64,000 nt of DNA, from NCBI GenBank assembly GCA_045617105.1, contig JAZLHW010000048.1, positions 1,574 to 65,573 of the forward strand. Reading direction: 5' to 3'. Source of the stretch: Selenomonadaceae bacterium (GTDB taxonomy: Bacteria; Bacillota; Negativicutes; Selenomonadales; Selenomonadaceae). A program made the translations under genes and the position numbers. Position 1 is the stretch's first letter. Each line of letters begins with the position of its first letter. Below are positions 47,958 through 57,719 of this stretch, one piece after another. Under the pieces are notes generated by a model that worked only from the letters and a program-made list of their open reading frames with translations, did no database searches and was not told the DNA's origin.

Positions 47958-48080
47958 TTTTAAAATTTTGCTGTCCGATTCTCAAAGAAATCTTTCCTAA
48001 ACATAAGAACCCTCGGTGAACTGCATCCAAGCATGTCTCTGCAGCTGAGTCAGAAGCTCCATCATCTACAATCCCTGCCA

Positions 48081-48848
48081 TCACCAATCATCCTCATCGG
48101 TCAGCTGAAAGGTAAAGCTGTCCGTAAACACCCCCGGATTCGTGCCGGAAGAAAACCGATAGCCATAAGCCGCCTGCATTGCCGCACTGTCAAGCTCCGC
48201 ATAACCGGACGATTGCAGGATCTCCAGCCGTTCGATTGCCCCGTCTGCCGATACATAGAAACGGATCCTGACCGTTCCTTCTGCTCCTATGCTCCTCATG
48301 CTCTCAGGATAAGTCACGGCACCCTTTCCAATACATGCCGCTGCAGTACGCTCCCTTGGTGCGGCCGGCGGTTCACTCGAAGCAGGCACTCCTTCTCCTC
48401 CTGTATCCTTCCCACTGCCCGTACCGCTTCCCTGTCCGTTTCCCTGCAAAGCATTTCTCTCTGCCCCACCTATGCCAGAGCCTGCACCATCTGCTGTCCC
48501 CTTTGCCTGCGATGGCACACTCACTGGCTGTTCTGCCTTTTGATGCTCCTGCTTGAATTCCTGCTGATGCTCCGGATGCTTCGTGTACTCCTCTTGGATC
48601 TCCGGCAAATGGATCTCGGTTGGAATCGCCACCTCCAAAACATCGGCTGCCGTGGCAGGCGCAGAAAGGCTGGCACTCCCCCCTTGACTGCCTTCCCCTT
48701 CATAAAGAACGACCTCGATAGCTTCTCTTTCCTCCACTGGCCTCGCCAACAGGAAGAATCCACTCGCCGCCACAAGAAAAAACAAATTGATGTGCAAGAA
48801 AATGGAAATGCACCAAGCCTTTCTGCTGTCACTGCTTTCCACGCTCAT
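48081..48848 (-). CDS. tonB: TonB-family energy transducer
   Basis: 255 aa. N-terminal TM anchor, a Pro/Glu/Gly-rich linker, and the TonB C-terminal domain (YPESMRSIGAEGTVRIRFYVSADGAIERLEILQSSGYAELDSAAMQA). Confidence 0.85.
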   Translation of the reverse strand: MSVESSDSRKAWCISIFLHINLFFLVAASGFFLLARPVEEREAIEVVLYEGEGSQGGSASLSAPATAADVLEVAIPTEIHLPEIQEEYTKHPEHQQEFKQEHQKAEQPVSVPSQAKGTADGAGSGIGGAERNALQGNGQGSGTGSGKDTGGEGVPASSEPPAAPRERTAAACIGKGAVTYPESMRSIGAEGTVRIRFYVSADGAIERLEILQSSGYAELDSAAMQAAYGYRFSSGTNPGVFTDSFTFQLTDEDDW

Positions 48849-48851
48849 GTC

Positions 48852-49262
48852 CTACCCCCTCGGCGTATCAGCCGCCAATCCGATACGGGCAATGCCCGCA
48901 CCCTTGAATTTGTCCAAAAGCCCGATCACCATTCCATAATCCATGCTTTGATCCGCACGAACTACGACAGAAAACTTGGGATCGACCTTCTGCTGCTCCA
49001 TTGCCTTGGCAAGCAAAGTATCCTCTTCGATTTTCCGATCCTCCAACCAGAGTGAGCCATCTTTCTTCAATGTGACCACATAAGTCACAGAAACCTTTGT
49101 CTCGGCATGTGCCGCCTGCGGCATATCCACGTCCACGGTTTTCAGATTCACCATGTAAATCGTACTCAGCATGAAAAAGACCAGCAAAAAAAACATAATG
49201 TCGATCATTGGTATAATGATAATTTCCGGTTTTTGAAAAGCACGTCTGTCCCGCAGTCTCAT
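48852..49262 (-). CDS. exbD: ExbD/TolR biopolymer transport protein
   Basis: 136 aa. IIIIPMIDIMFFLLVFFM TM helix plus a periplasmic domain typical of ExbD. Confidence 0.85.
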   Translation of the reverse strand: MRLRDRRAFQKPEIIIIPMIDIMFFLLVFFMLSTIYMVNLKTVDVDMPQAAHAETKVSVTYVVTLKKDGSLWLEDRKIEEDTLLAKAMEQQKVDPKFSVVVRADQSMDYGMVIGLLDKFKGAGIARIGLAADTPRG

Positions 49263-49888
49263 TTTCGCTCACCTGCTCCCCGTTCTACGAGGGAAAAGCA
49301 CTGCTCCATATCCGTCACGATATTTTCCAGCCGCTGCGAAAAATAAGCATGGACGATCAAGGCGAGAATTGCCACGCAAAGCCCCATCGCTGTTGCTATC
49401 AACGCCTCGCCAACGCCGCCCGTGATGGCAGCCGCCTGTCCCGACTGCACATGGAACACGCTAAAAGCGGAGATCATGCCGCTGATCGTCCCAAGAAGTC
49501 CCAAGAGAGGCGCAAGCGTCACGATAACATTCAGATAATAAAGCCTTCGACGAAATTTTGAGATTTCCACGCCTGACTGCACCTCCATATAGGAAACTGC
49601 CGCCCTTCCTTCCCTTTCCTGCTCCATCTCCATCGCATGTGCCAAAATGCCTGCAAGCACCCCTGACGAAGCTTTTGCCAGCTTCCGTGCTTCCTGCTCT
49701 TTAAATTCTCCCATCAAGGAACAGAAGTGCATGGCAAAATCCCTGCCGGAATCCATCCTGCGGAAATATAAATACCGTTCCAGCCCGACCGACACTGTAA
49801 GCATGGAGCAAAGCAGCAGCACATACATGACAGAACCGCCCTTTTGAAAGAACTCCACGCCTGACATAATGTTTTCCATTTCTAACAC
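49259..49888 (-). CDS. exbB: MotA/TolQ/ExbB proton-channel protein
   Basis: 209 aa. Three TM helices and the signature LAPLLGLLGTISGMISAF. Its stop overlaps the exbD start by 4 nt. Confidence 0.85.
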   Translation of the reverse strand: MLEMENIMSGVEFFQKGGSVMYVLLLCSMLTVSVGLERYLYFRRMDSGRDFAMHFCSLMGEFKEQEARKLAKASSGVLAGILAHAMEMEQEREGRAAVSYMEVQSGVEISKFRRRLYYLNVIVTLAPLLGLLGTISGMISAFSVFHVQSGQAAAITGGVGEALIATAMGLCVAILALIVHAYFSQRLENIVTDMEQCFSLVERGAGERK

Positions 49889-49897
49889 AACCCTTCC

Positions 49898-50926
49898 TCA
49901 TGTTTGCTTACGCAAAAGGTAAAGAAAATACGGACTTCCCACAAAAGCAGTCATAATACCCACGCGAATTTCAGATGCAGGCAAGATCACCCGACCGAGC
50001 GAATCACAAAACACCAAAAATATGCCGCCTGCCAGCAGGCAGAGCGGAAGCAGTCTCCGATGATCCGGTCCCACCAGCAAGCGAAGCATGTGCGGAACGA
50101 CAAGTCCCACAAACCCAATATTTCCGCTGATGCATACTCCGGCAGCCGTCACAAGCGAAGCCAAAGAAAGCAGCACCATACGAAAAGTATTCACAGGCAT
50201 TCCGACTGCACGAGCCTCCGTATCGCCAAGCGACAATACATTCAAATGCCTTGAAAGCAGCAGCATGGCAAAAGAGCCAGCCAAGATAGGCCCAATGCCT
50301 AAAAAAACATGCTCCCACCTGCGGTAGTCCAAGCTTCCGATCGTCCAAAAGACGTACTGCTGCATCTTTTGCTCACTCAAGACCGTGAGGATCGCCGCCG
50401 CCACAGCAGACAGCAGCATTCCGACCACCACCCCCGAAAGGAGCAGTGTCATCACAGGGATCCTGCCATGACGCAGGGAGAGAGCAACCACAAGCCCTAC
50501 GGCGAGAAGCGCCCCTGCCAATGCGCAGGCAGGGAGCGCCAACATGCTCGTTGCAGGCAACCCCAAGGCGATCGCCAAGATCGCTCCTACGGATGCACCG
50601 CTCGATACGCCGACAATACTCGGATCTGCCAAAGGATTGCGGAAAGTTCCCTGCAGCACAGCACCGGAAACAGCAAGTCCTGCACCGACCAGCAAACCAA
50701 CGGCTGTACGGGGCATACGAATATACCAAAGAACAGATTCCTCATCCCTCGGCACAGAAACCTCCGAGAAAAACGGCAAGCCAACCCCATGGCAAAGAGA
50801 TGCCGCCGCATGAAGATACGGGATATCCATCTGCCCCCAGCAAAGCGATAAAAAACTGACAAAGCAAAGGAGCAGGAAGAACAAAAGAAGAATCGTCCCA
50901 TACCGATAACGAGAAAGAAGCGTCAT
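49898..50926 (-). CDS. FecCD-family ABC permease (cobalamin/siderophore type, BtuC-like)
   Basis: 342 aa. RMPRTAVGLLVGAGLAVSGAVLQGTFRNPLADPSIVGVSSGA and other FecCD signatures. Confidence 0.88.
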   Translation of the reverse strand: MTLLSRYRYGTILLLFFLLLCFVSFLSLCWGQMDIPYLHAAASLCHGVGLPFFSEVSVPRDEESVLWYIRMPRTAVGLLVGAGLAVSGAVLQGTFRNPLADPSIVGVSSGASVGAILAIALGLPATSMLALPACALAGALLAVGLVVALSLRHGRIPVMTLLLSGVVVGMLLSAVAAAILTVLSEQKMQQYVFWTIGSLDYRRWEHVFLGIGPILAGSFAMLLLSRHLNVLSLGDTEARAVGMPVNTFRMVLLSLASLVTAAGVCISGNIGFVGLVVPHMLRLLVGPDHRRLLPLCLLAGGIFLVFCDSLGRVILPASEIRVGIMTAFVGSPYFLYLLRKQT

Positions 50927-51759
50927 AACATTCCCTGCTCCTTTCCTAAAATTTCTTCCAAAGCTGCATTGCGTTTTGGCTGTGTATCAGATATTTCCGT
51001 AAAAATATCTAAATGTCCCGTCAAGGGGTTGCAGACGACCTGAAAATCCCTGCCATACGCCTGCGATAAATTTTGCGGGGACAGCACATCAGATGGAACT
51101 CCATCGGCAAGCTTCCTGCCCCCTGCTACCAAGAGAAGCCGAGAACAAAAACGTGCCGCCAAAGAAAGCTCATGCACGACCATCAATACCGTCTTGCCCG
51201 CTTGGCAAAGCTCTTGGCAAAAACGAAAGATCTCCTCCTGATATACAAGATCCAATCCCGTTGACGGCTCGTCAAGCAGCAAGAGGGGCGTTTGCTGTGC
51301 CAAAACCTTTGCCAAAAGCACTCGCTGCCTCTGCCCGCCCGACATAGCAGGAAGAGGTCGCTCCGCCAAGCTCTCCACACCCGTATAAGCAAGACAGGCA
51401 TCTGCCAGACGGCGATCCTTTTCCGACTCCTGCTGCCACCACGAAAGATAAGGATACCTTCCTGCCATCACGACCTCCCTCGCCGTGTAGGAAAAGGTCG
51501 TTTCCGCAGATTGCTGGAGATAGGCGGCACGTTTTGCAAACTCCTTGGGAGAGAGTTCCTGCACAAGCCCTCCCATCACGGAAACCTTGCCGGAGAAAAT
51601 GGGAAGCTGTCCCATAACAGCCTTCAGGAGCGTACTCTTTCCCGCCCCGTTCGGACCAATAATGCCAACCATCTCTCCCTGCTTCATCTGAAAGGAAACG
51701 CCCCTTAGAACCTCCCTGCCATCATATCCTGCCTTTAAATCATCTACTTCCAGTATCAT
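50923..51759 (-). CDS. ABC transporter ATP-binding protein (BtuD/FepC-like)
   Basis: 278 aa. Walker A GPNGAGKSTLL, signature MSGGQRQRV, and Walker B LLLLDEP. It overlaps the permease start by 4 nt. Confidence 0.9.
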   Translation of the reverse strand: MILEVDDLKAGYDGREVLRGVSFQMKQGEMVGIIGPNGAGKSTLLKAVMGQLPIFSGKVSVMGGLVQELSPKEFAKRAAYLQQSAETTFSYTAREVVMAGRYPYLSWWQQESEKDRRLADACLAYTGVESLAERPLPAMSGGQRQRVLLAKVLAQQTPLLLLDEPSTGLDLVYQEEIFRFCQELCQAGKTVLMVVHELSLAARFCSRLLLVAGGRKLADGVPSDVLSPQNLSQAYGRDFQVVCNPLTGHLDIFTEISDTQPKRNAALEEILGKEQGML

Positions 51760-51895
51760 GCAACGTCCTGCTTTCCTTTGAAATCACAAACAGAAACAGT
51801 ATAATACATTTTTTCCCGTTTGTCTTATCAAATCTATTTTCTCTAAATGCCTTCCTCCTTTGCTGCTTTCTTATTTTTAGGGAACAATATCCTTA

Positions 51896-53869
51896 TCAGA
51901 ATTTGCAGGTAACACCAAACTGCAAAAATCTTCCCGGTGCAGGATATCTCCAGCTGTTGTAGAGGGAATATGCCTGATTCGTGAGATTCAGTGCCTTGGC
52001 ATAAAGCGTCACGTTCTCTCCTGCCTGATAGCTGACATTCACATCAAAGAGAGCGTACTTGCTGTCTCCGAAGTATTCCTTGTCCAGTCCGCTTGCCATC
52101 GTCCCAAGAAGCCCTGCCTTCCATGCGCCGCAGTGGTAGTTGACACCAATGCGGTATCCATTGGGCTGGCTGTTGTGCCTGAGGTACTGCACCGCATTGG
52201 CAAGTTCGTCTGCGTCCGCATCCGTGCTTGTGTGCGAATAGCCTAGGCTGTAGGACCACATCTCCGACAGCTTCTGGTTAAAGGAAATATTCACGCCATA
52301 CTTCTTTTCCTTGTTGATATTCATGGCATACCATGTCATCCCGCCATCATTGGAACCCCAGTCGATCGCATCCTTCAAGTCAGAATAGAAGAAATTAACA
52401 TCAAGGCTCGTCCCCTTCTTGAAATCGTGCGTCATGCCCAGCGTCCACGCATCGCCCGTTTCCGGATCGAGATTTGGATTCCCGTAATATCCCCAATAGC
52501 TGTAGTAGAACAAATCATCTGCGGTGGGTGCCTTGTAGACCTTGCCCCATGTTGCATAGACCTTCGTTGCCTTGTCCGGACGATAGTTGAAGGCAGCCTT
52601 CGGTGTCCAGTGGCTTCCAAACTCACTATGCTTGTCCACGCGAAGTCCCGGTATAAAGAACCATTTTTTGTCCAGCTTCATCGTATCCTGCAAATAAATG
52701 GCAAAATTATTGAGCCTTTCATTCTGATAGCCATTTTGCTGATTCGTGGAAGAACTCCAGTGGTATTCCATTCCTGCAACCAGCTTATTGTTCTTGCCCA
52801 GCTGCCAGCCGTTTTGGTAGTCAATTCCCTCCGTGCAGGTATTGTACTTGCCCGCAAAGTCCACGGACTTGTAGTTTTGGAAATAACGCAAAAAGCCCGG
52901 AAGCTTCGTATCTTCCTTGAAATTATACTTGACGTACCCATAATTGAAATTTTCTTCCTGCGAATATGGCTTTCCCGTATTCCAGTCAATCGAGCCAATA
53001 AATTTTTGCGTGCCGTAGGCATCATACTCATGTGCCTCTGCATCCACACTCTTATGCGCAAAATAAAGATCCCATGACTGCGATGCATCTGCTCTTTTTT
53101 TCATGCGCACGGAAAAATTATTGGAGGAGCTGCCGCTTCTCGGCATTGTTTCCGTTTCGCCCTGCCGGTTCTTGAAATCAAAGCCGTCGCTTGTCTGGAA
53201 GCCTCCTGCCACTGCCCAGCTAAAGCCATCGTCATTGCTTCCTTGGTTCATCAGGTCAACCTTGTACGTTTTCCAAGATCCAAGGCTAAGATCTACCGTA
53301 GTCTCGTTCTTCTCGCCTGCCTTGGTGATGATATTGATGACACCGCCAACAGCATCGCTTCCGTAAAGGGCAGAGCCTGCCCCCTTGACTACCTCGATAC
53401 GCTCAATGTTCTTGATGGACGGGAGCATGGAAAGTGTTGCGCTCGACCGGCTCATGGAGCCTTGGTCATCGTTGAGTCGCTCGCCGTCCACCATAATGAC
53501 AACACGTTCCTCGCCATTGATGCGAACCACTTCGTCTGCCCCGCTGATTCCATTCGTGATGACTACGCCATTGATATGCCCCAAAGCCTCTGCCGCATCG
53601 GCATAATGATTATCCTCCAGCTCCTGCGCACTGATCACCACGACATCTGCCGCCGTATTCATTCTCGCAGACGGGATCCTCTCTGCCGTGATAACATTGC
53701 CGCCAAGATCCTGCTCCTCAATAACAGGTGCTGCCGCTTCCTCTGCCGCAACCTCCACAGGTTCTTCCCTATTCTCCGTCACATCCTCTGCAAATGCCGT
53801 AGCAGCAAAAGAGAGCATTCCCATCGCCAATGCCGCAGCGAAGCGGCAGTCAAACCTATTCTTTTTCAT
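51896..53869 (-). CDS. TonB-dependent outer-membrane receptor (BtuB-like by context)
   Basis: Trimmed to the ATG at 53869 (MKKNRFDCRFAAALAMGMLSFAATAFA signal peptide). Plug domain (VVKGAGSALYGSDAVGGVINIITK), a long beta-barrel rich in alternating aromatic residues, and a C-terminal ...FGVTCKF. It is the second gene of a cobalamin-riboswitch operon. Confidence 0.88.
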   Translation of the reverse strand: MKKNRFDCRFAAALAMGMLSFAATAFAEDVTENREEPVEVAAEEAAAPVIEEQDLGGNVITAERIPSARMNTAADVVVISAQELEDNHYADAAEALGHINGVVITNGISGADEVVRINGEERVVIMVDGERLNDDQGSMSRSSATLSMLPSIKNIERIEVVKGAGSALYGSDAVGGVINIITKAGEKNETTVDLSLGSWKTYKVDLMNQGSNDDGFSWAVAGGFQTSDGFDFKNRQGETETMPRSGSSSNNFSVRMKKRADASQSWDLYFAHKSVDAEAHEYDAYGTQKFIGSIDWNTGKPYSQEENFNYGYVKYNFKEDTKLPGFLRYFQNYKSVDFAGKYNTCTEGIDYQNGWQLGKNNKLVAGMEYHWSSSTNQQNGYQNERLNNFAIYLQDTMKLDKKWFFIPGLRVDKHSEFGSHWTPKAAFNYRPDKATKVYATWGKVYKAPTADDLFYYSYWGYYGNPNLDPETGDAWTLGMTHDFKKGTSLDVNFFYSDLKDAIDWGSNDGGMTWYAMNINKEKKYGVNISFNQKLSEMWSYSLGYSHTSTDADADELANAVQYLRHNSQPNGYRIGVNYHCGAWKAGLLGTMASGLDKEYFGDSKYALFDVNVSYQAGENVTLYAKALNLTNQAYSLYNSWRYPAPGRFLQFGVTCKF

Positions 53870-53893
53870 AAAACCTTTTCCTCCCAAAATTAT

Positions 53894-54883
53894 TTATTCC
53901 AAAGCCGACAAATGTTCATCGGCAGGTTGGCTAAATGCATCACCGTAAACACGGTAAGCAATTTCCTGCACGCCAAAAACAAAATCCTGCGAGCAGTTAT
54001 ACACATATCCCTCAAAGGGTTCCCTAAAATTCTTCTCCTTCACTGCCGTGATTGAGGAAAGAGAAGGATCCTCTATATAAGCCCTGCGAAACGCTTCCAC
54101 ATCAAATTCCCCATGGTTCGTATAGGACGGCAGGAAAACAATATCCGGATTTATCTTCACAAGCTGTTCCTTGCTCATGACCTGCCCATCCCGCAAGCCA
54201 ATCACAGACGGGCCATTGATAACGCCTGCATAACGGCATGCCTCATCAAAGCTGGAACCAATGCCGCCATAGGAACTCATCAAAGAAATCAAAACGACCT
54301 TCTTTCGCTCTTCCATGGGGATCTTGTCCACTCGCTCCTTGATCCATGCCAGCCTTTGCTCCATTTTCTGAATCAAGACTTCCCCCCTCTCGGGTTCTCC
54401 CACAGCTTCCGACAAAAGGCGTATCGTTTCCTTGATCTCCGAAAGATTCCTTGCCCCTTTGCAAACGACCACCTTTAAGCCCAAGTCCCGCAATGCCGCC
54501 GCTTGTGAGATATCCCCCCAGTCGGGCAGAATGACCAGATCCGGGTGAAGCGCTGCTATCTCCTCCACCGTCGGATCGGCAATACGACCTTCCACCCTTT
54601 GTGCAAGAGCTGTCACATTCGAGCTGATGGGATCGTCCAACAGCCTGTCAACCGCTGCCATATCCGAAGGCGGAACGATTCCCAGCATAACCTCATCGGT
54701 ACTCATAGACAGCGTCAAGATCCTGTGCGGCTTTCCGGGCATATCAACCACCGTTCCCTGTACATCCGTAACGGTATATCCATTCCCGGTTTCTCCTTGC
54801 TCCGCATGCGGTGCCGGCGGCTTGCAGCCAACGCAGCACAACAAAACCATAAAGCACAACACGGCACGAAAACTCTTCAGCAA
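53894..54883 (-). CDS. Periplasmic-binding-protein type 2 lipoprotein (BtuF/FhuD-like substrate-binding protein)
   Basis: 329 aa. TTG start with GAGGAG 5 nt upstream. Lipobox LLCCVGC. PDLVILPDW and NPDIVFLPSY motifs are typical of cluster-A SBPs. Confidence 0.85.
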   Translation of the reverse strand: MLKSFRAVLCFMVLLCCVGCKPPAPHAEQGETGNGYTVTDVQGTVVDMPGKPHRILTLSMSTDEVMLGIVPPSDMAAVDRLLDDPISSNVTALAQRVEGRIADPTVEEIAALHPDLVILPDWGDISQAAALRDLGLKVVVCKGARNLSEIKETIRLLSEAVGEPERGEVLIQKMEQRLAWIKERVDKIPMEERKKVVLISLMSSYGGIGSSFDEACRYAGVINGPSVIGLRDGQVMSKEQLVKINPDIVFLPSYTNHGEFDVEAFRRAYIEDPSLSSITAVKEKNFREPFEGYVYNCSQDFVFGVQEIAYRVYGDAFSQPADEHLSALE

Positions 54884-54906
54884 AATATCTCCTCACTTTC
54901 CAAAAT

Positions 54907-54940
54907 AAAAAAGTGGACGTTTCCCCAAGGAAACATCCAC
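54907..54940 (-). terminator. Cobalamin-riboswitch expression-platform terminator
   Basis: Minus strand GTGGATGTTTCC-ttgg-GGAAACGTCCAC followed by TTTTTT, about 25 nt before the SBP start codon. Confidence 0.75.
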
Positions 54941-54984
54941 TCATGTACAAAATATCCAACTGAAAAACAGTTGCTGAGTAAATC

Positions 54985-55177
54985 CCCTTCCCATCGCTCG
55001 CAGGTAAAAACGGTGATTGTTAAACAGGCAGTTCTCCTGACTCAAGATCATCGCTTCCCTGCGCCTTCCCAAGATTTCTCCCAGTGACATCATGCAAGGT
55101 TGCTCTCTTTCACAGTGGCGGGACCGTTCCGGCTTTTACCGGATTCCCTATTAAGTCTTACGACACCTGTTCCCTAT
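54985..55177 (-). promoter_or_regulatory. Cobalamin (B12) riboswitch
   Basis: The minus strand reads AAUAGGGAAUCCGGUAAAAGCCGGAACGGUCCCGCCACUGUG (55152-55111), which is the conserved core. The B12 box is AGUCAGGAGAACUGCC (55042-55027). Boundaries are approximate. Confidence 0.85.
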
Positions 55178-55200
55178 ATTCTTTTGTCTTCCAAAAACTG

Positions 55201-55986
55201 TCAGCCTCCACGCTGCAACAGGTTTTTTTTGCCCTTTGGCATAATGCCCTTTGCCTCCGTGCTGAACACGGAATCCATGGAGGACAAGCCTTGGTACACC
55301 ATAGCGATATCCACATTCCTGCCGTGACATTCCATGTAATTCTCCAGCTTTCGCTTCACACGCTGCAGGGCATTATCAATGGACTTCACGCTGCGGCCTA
55401 CGTCCTCCGCGATCTCTTGATAAGATCTTCCGTCCAAATAGGACATCAGAACGTTCCATTCCAAGCCGCTCAAGACCTCAGACATCTTGCTCTCTATATG
55501 AGCAAATTCCTCTTGACGAATCATCAGTTCCTCAGGATCCACCTGTGTTTTGACCCCTGAAAGCACGTCCAGAAGCGTCCTGTCCGATTCCTCATCATAA
55601 ATTGGTCTGTTCAAGGAAATATACGAATTCAACGGTATATGCTTCTGCCTCGTAGCCGTCTTGATCGCCGTAATGATCTGCCTTGTCACGCAAAGCTCTG
55701 CAAATGCCCGAAAGGACGCAAGCTTATCATTCCGAAAATCACGAACAGCCTTGTAGAGTCCTATCATTCCCTCTTGAATGATATCCTCCCTGTCTGCACC
55801 AATCAAAAAATATGACCGTGCCTTGGCTCGCACAAAATTCCGATACTTTCCCATCAGATATTCCAGCGCATCTCCGTCTCTATTCTCTTGAACCTCAAGG
55901 ACGATCTCCTCGTCCGTAAGACAGTCAAATCTACTGCTTTCTTCCTCATCGTATAAAAAAACATGTGCGTTTGGTTCTGCCCCCAC
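55201..55986 (-). CDS. sigH: RNA polymerase sigma factor SigH (Spo0H-type)
   Basis: 261 aa with very high similarity to B. subtilis SigH: YRNFVRAKARSYFLIGADREDIIQEGMIGLYKAVRDF..., ITAIKTATRQKHIPLNSY, SIDNALQRVKRKLE. GTG start. There is a ~35-aa non-conserved C-terminal tail. Confidence 0.9.
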   Translation of the reverse strand: MGAEPNAHVFLYDEEESSRFDCLTDEEIVLEVQENRDGDALEYLMGKYRNFVRAKARSYFLIGADREDIIQEGMIGLYKAVRDFRNDKLASFRAFAELCVTRQIITAIKTATRQKHIPLNSYISLNRPIYDEESDRTLLDVLSGVKTQVDPEELMIRQEEFAHIESKMSEVLSGLEWNVLMSYLDGRSYQEIAEDVGRSVKSIDNALQRVKRKLENYMECHGRNVDIAMVYQGLSSMDSVFSTEAKGIMPKGKKNLLQRGG

Positions 55987-56114
55987 TGCGCCAGCCCCCG
56001 TCTTTGAAATCGCCTCAAAATCCGTGCTTCCTATTTCTCAGCCCATTGAATTATACCCCATCCTGTCCAAAAACGTCAAGTTGCTTCCCATTTAAATACT
56101 GCCTTGCAAAATCT

Positions 56115-56996
56115 CTATCGCTGCTGCAGCCTTTGGCGCATGGACTCATACATCAAAATGGAACCTGCCACCGAAGCATTCAGGGAATTGATTTTCCCCA
56201 ACATTGGCAAATGGACAACAAAATCACAATTTTCCTTCACCAAGCGGCCGATCCCTTTTCCCTCACTGCCAAGCACCAACACCAATGGGCCTGTAAGATC
56301 TGCCTCATAGTAAGCCTGCGTACCGTCCATATCCGCAGCCGCTGCCCAAAGCCCCTTTTCCTTGAGTTTTTTCAATTCCTGCACAACATTTCCAATCCTT
56401 GCAACGGGAACATATTCCACGGCACCTGCCGATGTCTTTGCGACCGTTGCCGTCAGTGGTACGCTGTGCCGTTTGGGAATGAGAACGCCGTGCACGCCAG
56501 CAGCATCGGCAGTACGCAGGAGCGCTCCCAAATTATGCGGATCCTCCAGCTCATCCAAGAGAAGCAGAAACGGTGCTTCCCCTTTTTCCTCTGCACGCTT
56601 CAGGATATCGTCAACCTCAACGTAGGGAACAGGAGCAACATAAGCAAGCACCCCCTGATGACGCGATCCGCCTGCCATGCTGTCGATCTTGGAACGTTCC
56701 ACCTTCTGCACAGGAATCCCCCGTTCTCTGGCGAGTGCAAGAATCGCCCCCATTGAGCCTTCCTTGTCGCCGCTTGCCGCCAAGATCTTGTTGATTCCCC
56801 TGCCGCTCTTAAGTGCCTCCTGCACCGCATTGCGTCCAATCAGCACGTCCTCCGGAAGCTCCTTGGAACCAGAAGCCTGCAAACGTTCCCTTCCCCTGCC
56901 TTCCTTAGAGAGTTCTTGCTTAGGAACACCTTTCCCCAGAAAATGCTTTTTCTCCTCTTTTCTTTCCTTGTCCGATCGTTTGGAAGAATTTTTCAT
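56115..56996 (-). CDS. rlmB: 23S rRNA (guanosine-2'-O)-methyltransferase RlmB (SpoU/TrmH family)
   Basis: 293 aa. A Lys-rich N-terminus, then IGRNAVQEALKSG, LDELEDPHNLGALLRTA, and LVLGSEGKGI...SLNASVAGSI (SPOUT knot). Confidence 0.88.
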   Translation of the reverse strand: MKNSSKRSDKERKEEKKHFLGKGVPKQELSKEGRGRERLQASGSKELPEDVLIGRNAVQEALKSGRGINKILAASGDKEGSMGAILALARERGIPVQKVERSKIDSMAGGSRHQGVLAYVAPVPYVEVDDILKRAEEKGEAPFLLLLDELEDPHNLGALLRTADAAGVHGVLIPKRHSVPLTATVAKTSAGAVEYVPVARIGNVVQELKKLKEKGLWAAAADMDGTQAYYEADLTGPLVLVLGSEGKGIGRLVKENCDFVVHLPMLGKINSLNASVAGSILMYESMRQRLQQR

Positions 56997-57014
56997 CGAG
57001 CTACACCCTTTTCT

Positions 57015-57704
57015 TCATATCTTCCTCAGCTTTATCATCTCGTTAAATTTGCCGCACCCCATATTTCCCTCTGGGCATCGGCCTGTATTCACGCAGGTTG
57101 CTCCCGCATTCTTAAACAGCGTAGGTGCTATCTTTTGTACCTCTGCCAGCATAAGATTTGCCATTTCCCGTATCTCCCACTGTGCACGATTGCAGCAGCG
57201 AAGGTTGAAGAAATGCAGAAGCGACCTTGCATTCATTGTCACAAGGATCTTGGTTTCTGCCGCATTTGCAAGGACGTAACGAGCGTCCTCCTTGGGAATG
57301 CCCAGCTCTATCAGCTCATCATACGTCTTGCGGATCTCCGAAAGAAGGGCATCATATTTTTCCTTTGCCGCAGGATTTTCTTCAATCGTGTGCGGTGTAA
57401 CGTATTGAAAGCCGTGTGCTGCTACATAACGCTGGCTCTGCTGGTCATAGGATGCGATTCTATGGCGCACCAGTTGATGCGTCAGCACTCGGCTCACTCC
57501 CTCGATCCCAAAGGTAAAGGATACATGCTCTATCGTGGACGCATGTCCCAGCGACACCATCTTTTCCACCATTTCCCTTACCTTGTCATCACTGAGCCGT
57601 TCCGAAAGCTCCTCCGCACCGACTGCAGAGTAACAAAGCCTAGCTGCCATTGCCACCACTCGTTCAGGCTCTGGCGTATAGTCCAAAAGCTTTACCTTTA
57701 TCAT
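57015..57704 (-). CDS. thyX: FAD-dependent thymidylate synthase ThyX
   Basis: 229 aa. ThyX motif [16 protein letters not shown] (RHRxxSxxxxSxR). Confidence 0.9.
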   Translation of the reverse strand: MIKVKLLDYTPEPERVVAMAARLCYSAVGAEELSERLSDDKVREMVEKMVSLGHASTIEHVSFTFGIEGVSRVLTHQLVRHRIASYDQQSQRYVAAHGFQYVTPHTIEENPAAKEKYDALLSEIRKTYDELIELGIPKEDARYVLANAAETKILVTMNARSLLHFFNLRCCNRAQWEIREMANLMLAEVQKIAPTLFKNAGATCVNTGRCPEGNMGCGKFNEMIKLRKI

Positions 57705-57719
57705 AGCTGTTTCCTCACT

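Noticed and set aside
48033-49055. 340-aa plus-strand ORF opposite tonB/exbD
   Set aside because: It is antisense to two well-supported genes. The product is Cys/Arg/Leu/Ser-rich with no domain signature.
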